In this document: positions 26,698-29,552 of the stretch, one piece after another
How positions within the stretch are numbered: the stretch's first letter is position 1
Layout: each line of letters opens with the position of its first letter
Origin: Holosporales bacterium
Lineage (GTDB): Bacteria > Pseudomonadota > Alphaproteobacteria > RUG11792
Reading direction: 5' to 3'
Assembly (NCBI GenBank): GCA_031279295.1
Contig: JAITIT010000035.1
Span: 1-29,552, forward strand
Length of the DNA stretch: 29,552 nucleotides
The notes under the pieces: generated by a model
Seen by the model: only the letters and a program-made list of their open reading frames with translations
Told to the model about the DNA's origin: nothing
Databases searched by the model: none
Program-made: the position numbers and the translations under genes

Positions 26698-27510
26698 ATG
26701 ATAAGAACAAATAGACCGAGGACAAGACTCCTTGGAAAGCCATTCGTAGGTGGCTTCACAGACATCGATAGGGATGGGACAAACATAACGATAGGAGATA
26801 GCGAACTACTCGATGACATCTTCCGTGATGACTTCCCGGAATACATTAAGCTTCTGTGTTCAATGTCTGCGTACGCTGAGTTTGCAAACGTCGTAGTTTC
26901 GGCGAGGTATAAAGAGAAGAGCAATAGTAGTGTGAAAACGTTGTCATACCATCTCTATGACGGATCATCAATCAACATGACCGGATTCGTATCGAAGCTC
27001 TCAATAGCGGCTCTCGACATACTCCCAGAGGTTGGAATGCTTGATTCAAGGTGGCAGAGATATATCTCCGAAAATAACATTATATATACCAAGCACTTCC
27101 AGACCCAAGCATCATCCACATGCGTAGAAAACTTCGTGGATCATGACACACAGGAAACCGGGATAATCCATACGAAATCCAGAGCTCACAGCTTTGCGGG
27201 AAGTTATTTCAGTGGCATCAAACTTGCGGACATACAGCCATACCTATTTTATGTAGGTACCGGCTACCAAGCCAAATCATACATAAGCATCATATCAGCT
27301 AGTGACGCATTGAGATTGAGAAAAGTAACCTTAGCCCCCGGAGTTTCAGGGGATTCACTCTCCACTCTAGAAGACGATATCTGCAATGGTAACATCCGGC
27401 TGTCCATTCCCGATTGCCCTATCGCTTACAAATCAATAGCCGCAACAAAGGAAACCCTGACGTCCGACATCTTCCAGATTACATTCAGGAGAGGGCCTAG
27501 AGATGGATAG
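26698..27510 (+). CDS. Hypothetical protein (270 aa)
   Basis: SD AAGGAGG at 26681-26687. Its stop overlaps the next gene's start. No recognised motif. Confidence 0.8.
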   Translation: MIRTNRPRTRLLGKPFVGGFTDIDRDGTNITIGDSELLDDIFRDDFPEYIKLLCSMSAYAEFANVVVSARYKEKSNSSVKTLSYHLYDGSSINMTGFVSKLSIAALDILPEVGMLDSRWQRYISENNIIYTKHFQTQASSTCVENFVDHDTQETGIIHTKSRAHSFAGSYFSGIKLADIQPYLFYVGTGYQAKSYISIISASDALRLRKVTLAPGVSGDSLSTLEDDICNGNIRLSIPDCPIAYKSIAATKETLTSDIFQITFRRGPRDG

Positions 27511-27919
27511 AGACATAGAAATCATGGCGAAAACAATCTACGGGGAAGCACGTGGAGAATACCGTCTCCCAAACGGAGGAACCAACTCACTCATCGCAAT
27601 CGGTAACGTCGTCATGAACCGAGCAAAGAGATCAGGGGAGAGCATCGCAATTGAGTGCCTAAAACCATACCAATTCTCATGCTGGAATAAAAATGACCCG
27701 AATAGAGCAGTCATCAACAACATACCTCTCTCTGATACAGTTTACGAAAAATGCTTTATCACAGCGGGCCAACTACTCTGTGGAGACCTTCAAGATGACA
27801 TTACCAACGGAGCGACACACTATTACAGCGCCCGCATGCGCTCCCCACCGTACTGGACCGTTAACAAACAACCAGTCGCAATGATTGGAAATCATATATT
27901 CTTCAACCTCCTATATTGA
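27503..27919 (+). CDS. Cell wall hydrolase, SleB / Hydrolase_2 family (phage-endolysin-like, no signal peptide)
   Basis: TIYGEARGE (catalytic Glu), VVMNR, YQFSCWN, TNGATHYY, IGNHIFF. Confidence 0.92.
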   Translation: MDRDIEIMAKTIYGEARGEYRLPNGGTNSLIAIGNVVMNRAKRSGESIAIECLKPYQFSCWNKNDPNRAVINNIPLSDTVYEKCFITAGQLLCGDLQDDITNGATHYYSARMRSPPYWTVNKQPVAMIGNHIFFNLLY

Positions 27920-27991
27920 ACTTGCATTACAATCAACATGTGTGTTATTCTAAATAACATGAGGAAGGAACAGCAACCTACAATACAGCAA

Positions 27992-29347
27992 ATGCAAAAA
28001 TTGAGCCGCACCATGGTAAAGGTGCTAGTTGGGATCATGGTACTCCACAGCCAAGCAGACGCGCACGAAGCAGTACGAGATGAATCAGTCAGACTGGCAG
28101 TCAAGAGCTGGCTGGGCCAAGAAGTCGAGCTAACCGCAAAGACAAGCATGCATGCAACAAGCGGTCGAACATACGCCGCGAAAACCCCTAATGGGCAGCA
28201 ATATATAGTACTTGCAAGCGAAGGAATAGTCACAGGCGGCGAGGAGAATCAAGGCCCAAACCCTTTAACACCACATCAGAAAGAACAGCCAATACCAGGG
28301 GCTCTGAATCTGGTACTACCAGGCAAGAAGAGCTACTGGATTATAGACCAGGACGGTAGTCCAACCCCGTGCACATACGAAGAGGCCAAAGGACACCAAA
28401 TGAACCAGCTAGCGCAACAGGAGAGACAGGTAGTAACGATAGAAGTCCAGAGGAGAGCGCCAGGGAAGGATCTACGCAGGATACTGCTGAGCTACCTACA
28501 AGGACGAATCAGCCAGCGCAGAATGCTGCAAATAGCATACCAGCTAGGACGGAGCATAGCACAACTGCACAATCTTGGCTTGATCGAAGGAACAACAGAA
28601 ACAGAAACTGCACACAATGACCTACACGGAGGAAACGTAGTCGTAGGCGAAGTGGAAGGGCAGCCAACCATCACTTTCATCGACATAGACCAGCGGGGGC
28701 ACGCAGATGTCAGGTCCGACCTGTGTGCCATCGCAGCTAACATCGCAGGAGCAATAGCGGAAGCTGGGAAGAAGCATGACTCCCAACAGGTAGCGACACT
28801 GTATGCAGCGATGTGCAAGCTTCACGAAGGGTACAACGAGGAACATAACGGAGAAGAGATACGCTTCGTATCGACGCAAGACCTATTCTGGAGGCTAACA
28901 ACACACGGATGCACAAGCACCATAATGATGCAGGGAACGATGTTTCCAATTGATAAAGACAGAAACAAAAGCCATCCCTACACTAGGCAGGAAGCCTTTG
29001 AGGCGCTGGGTGGCGTAACTACCAAGTGGTACGGAGAACAGGAATACGATATAATAGATCTAATGTACCCATACTGCAGTTTGGCCGAATACAGGAAACT
29101 CTACGGGGATGGCAAGCCAGTCGGGCATACAGTAGCAACTAGCGTAATGGGCGAGATACTCCGAGAGTCAGTCATGAACCATGGATACCCCCTCGACATA
29201 GACACATGGATAGAGGTCGCCAGCGCAGTACAAGAGGCAGCAACCACGATTGGGGAGGGAGTCGGCGAGAGCTACGGTCTGGACTGCAGGCCAGCTATAG
29301 CAAAATTCGAGGAACGGCTAAGAGAGATAATGGGCCGGGACAGCTGA
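27992..29347 (+). CDS. Secreted protein-kinase-like protein (atypical)
   Basis: Signal-like MQKLSRTMVKVLVGIMVLHSQADA-HE; RAPGKDL, IAYQLGRSIAQLHNLG, HNDLHGGN catalytic loop, FIDID, and a later D..SDL. Start uncertain (27938, 27959, 27992 or 28013). Confidence 0.7.
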   Translation: MQKLSRTMVKVLVGIMVLHSQADAHEAVRDESVRLAVKSWLGQEVELTAKTSMHATSGRTYAAKTPNGQQYIVLASEGIVTGGEENQGPNPLTPHQKEQPIPGALNLVLPGKKSYWIIDQDGSPTPCTYEEAKGHQMNQLAQQERQVVTIEVQRRAPGKDLRRILLSYLQGRISQRRMLQIAYQLGRSIAQLHNLGLIEGTTETETAHNDLHGGNVVVGEVEGQPTITFIDIDQRGHADVRSDLCAIAANIAGAIAEAGKKHDSQQVATLYAAMCKLHEGYNEEHNGEEIRFVSTQDLFWRLTTHGCTSTIMMQGTMFPIDKDRNKSHPYTRQEAFEALGGVTTKWYGEQEYDIIDLMYPYCSLAEYRKLYGDGKPVGHTVATSVMGEILRESVMNHGYPLDIDTWIEVASAVQEAATTIGEGVGESYGLDCRPAIAKFEERLREIMGRDS

Positions 29348-29517
29348 ACGAGGTAGGGAGCACCACCGAAGCAGATCTCACGCCGTAGTTGAGTAGCTTC
29401 GAAAGTTCCAGCAGTGAATGTAGCCCAAGGATCAGTTACCTTCCTCCCCCCTCATCACCTTACCAAAACACCATTTCCCTTTGGAACGAAACCCTAACCA
29501 CAATTTACGTAACGTAT

Positions 29518-29552
29518 TGTCAAGGCCTTCAGAGCGATAGCGTGCCTTGACA
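29518..29552. repeat. 9-bp inverted repeat TGTCAAGGC-N17-GCCTTGACA containing back-to-back TTGACA elements
   Basis: Read directly. The right arm ends at the window edge and may extend beyond it. Confidence 0.55.

Noticed and set aside
25181-27919. Intact prophage
   Set aside because: No integrase, terminase, portal, capsid, repressor or att repeats are visible in the window.
29518-29552. IS element terminal inverted repeats
   Set aside because: The arms are only 17 nt apart and no transposase is present in the window.

Overview
A gene-dense bacterial window, almost certainly alphaproteobacterial (FzlA-type GST, TIGR02300/FYDLN protein, CarD, a Mic60/mitofilin-like gene, CtrA-type boxes). 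Scrambled operons and many lineage-specific signal-peptide proteins suggest a host-associated, Holosporales-like lineage (inference). Housekeeping genes: gatA, pyk, yebC-family, frr, xseA, tyrS, trxB, lipB, trpS, carD, plus MFS and MATE transporters. Several genes are detached from their usual operons, including a short atpC-like gene and a divergent nuoM-like gene. Accessory content: a secreted LRR protein, two small secreted proteins, a membrane-anchored methyltransferase and GT25, a three-gene GspL/PilMN-GspM/PilO-GspB/PilP-like operon, two unknown ORFs followed by a SleB-type cell wall hydrolase, and a secreted kinase-like protein. The strongest unannotated signal is three perfect TTAA-N7-TTAAC (CtrA consensus) boxes, each 58-63 nt upstream of a secretion-related gene, plus a phased near-consensus array upstream of the hydrolase module. 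Together these suggest a cell-cycle-timed secretion/exit regulon (hypothesis). I found no rRNA, tRNA, CRISPR array or transposase. All calls come from manual motif recognition; no database search was run.
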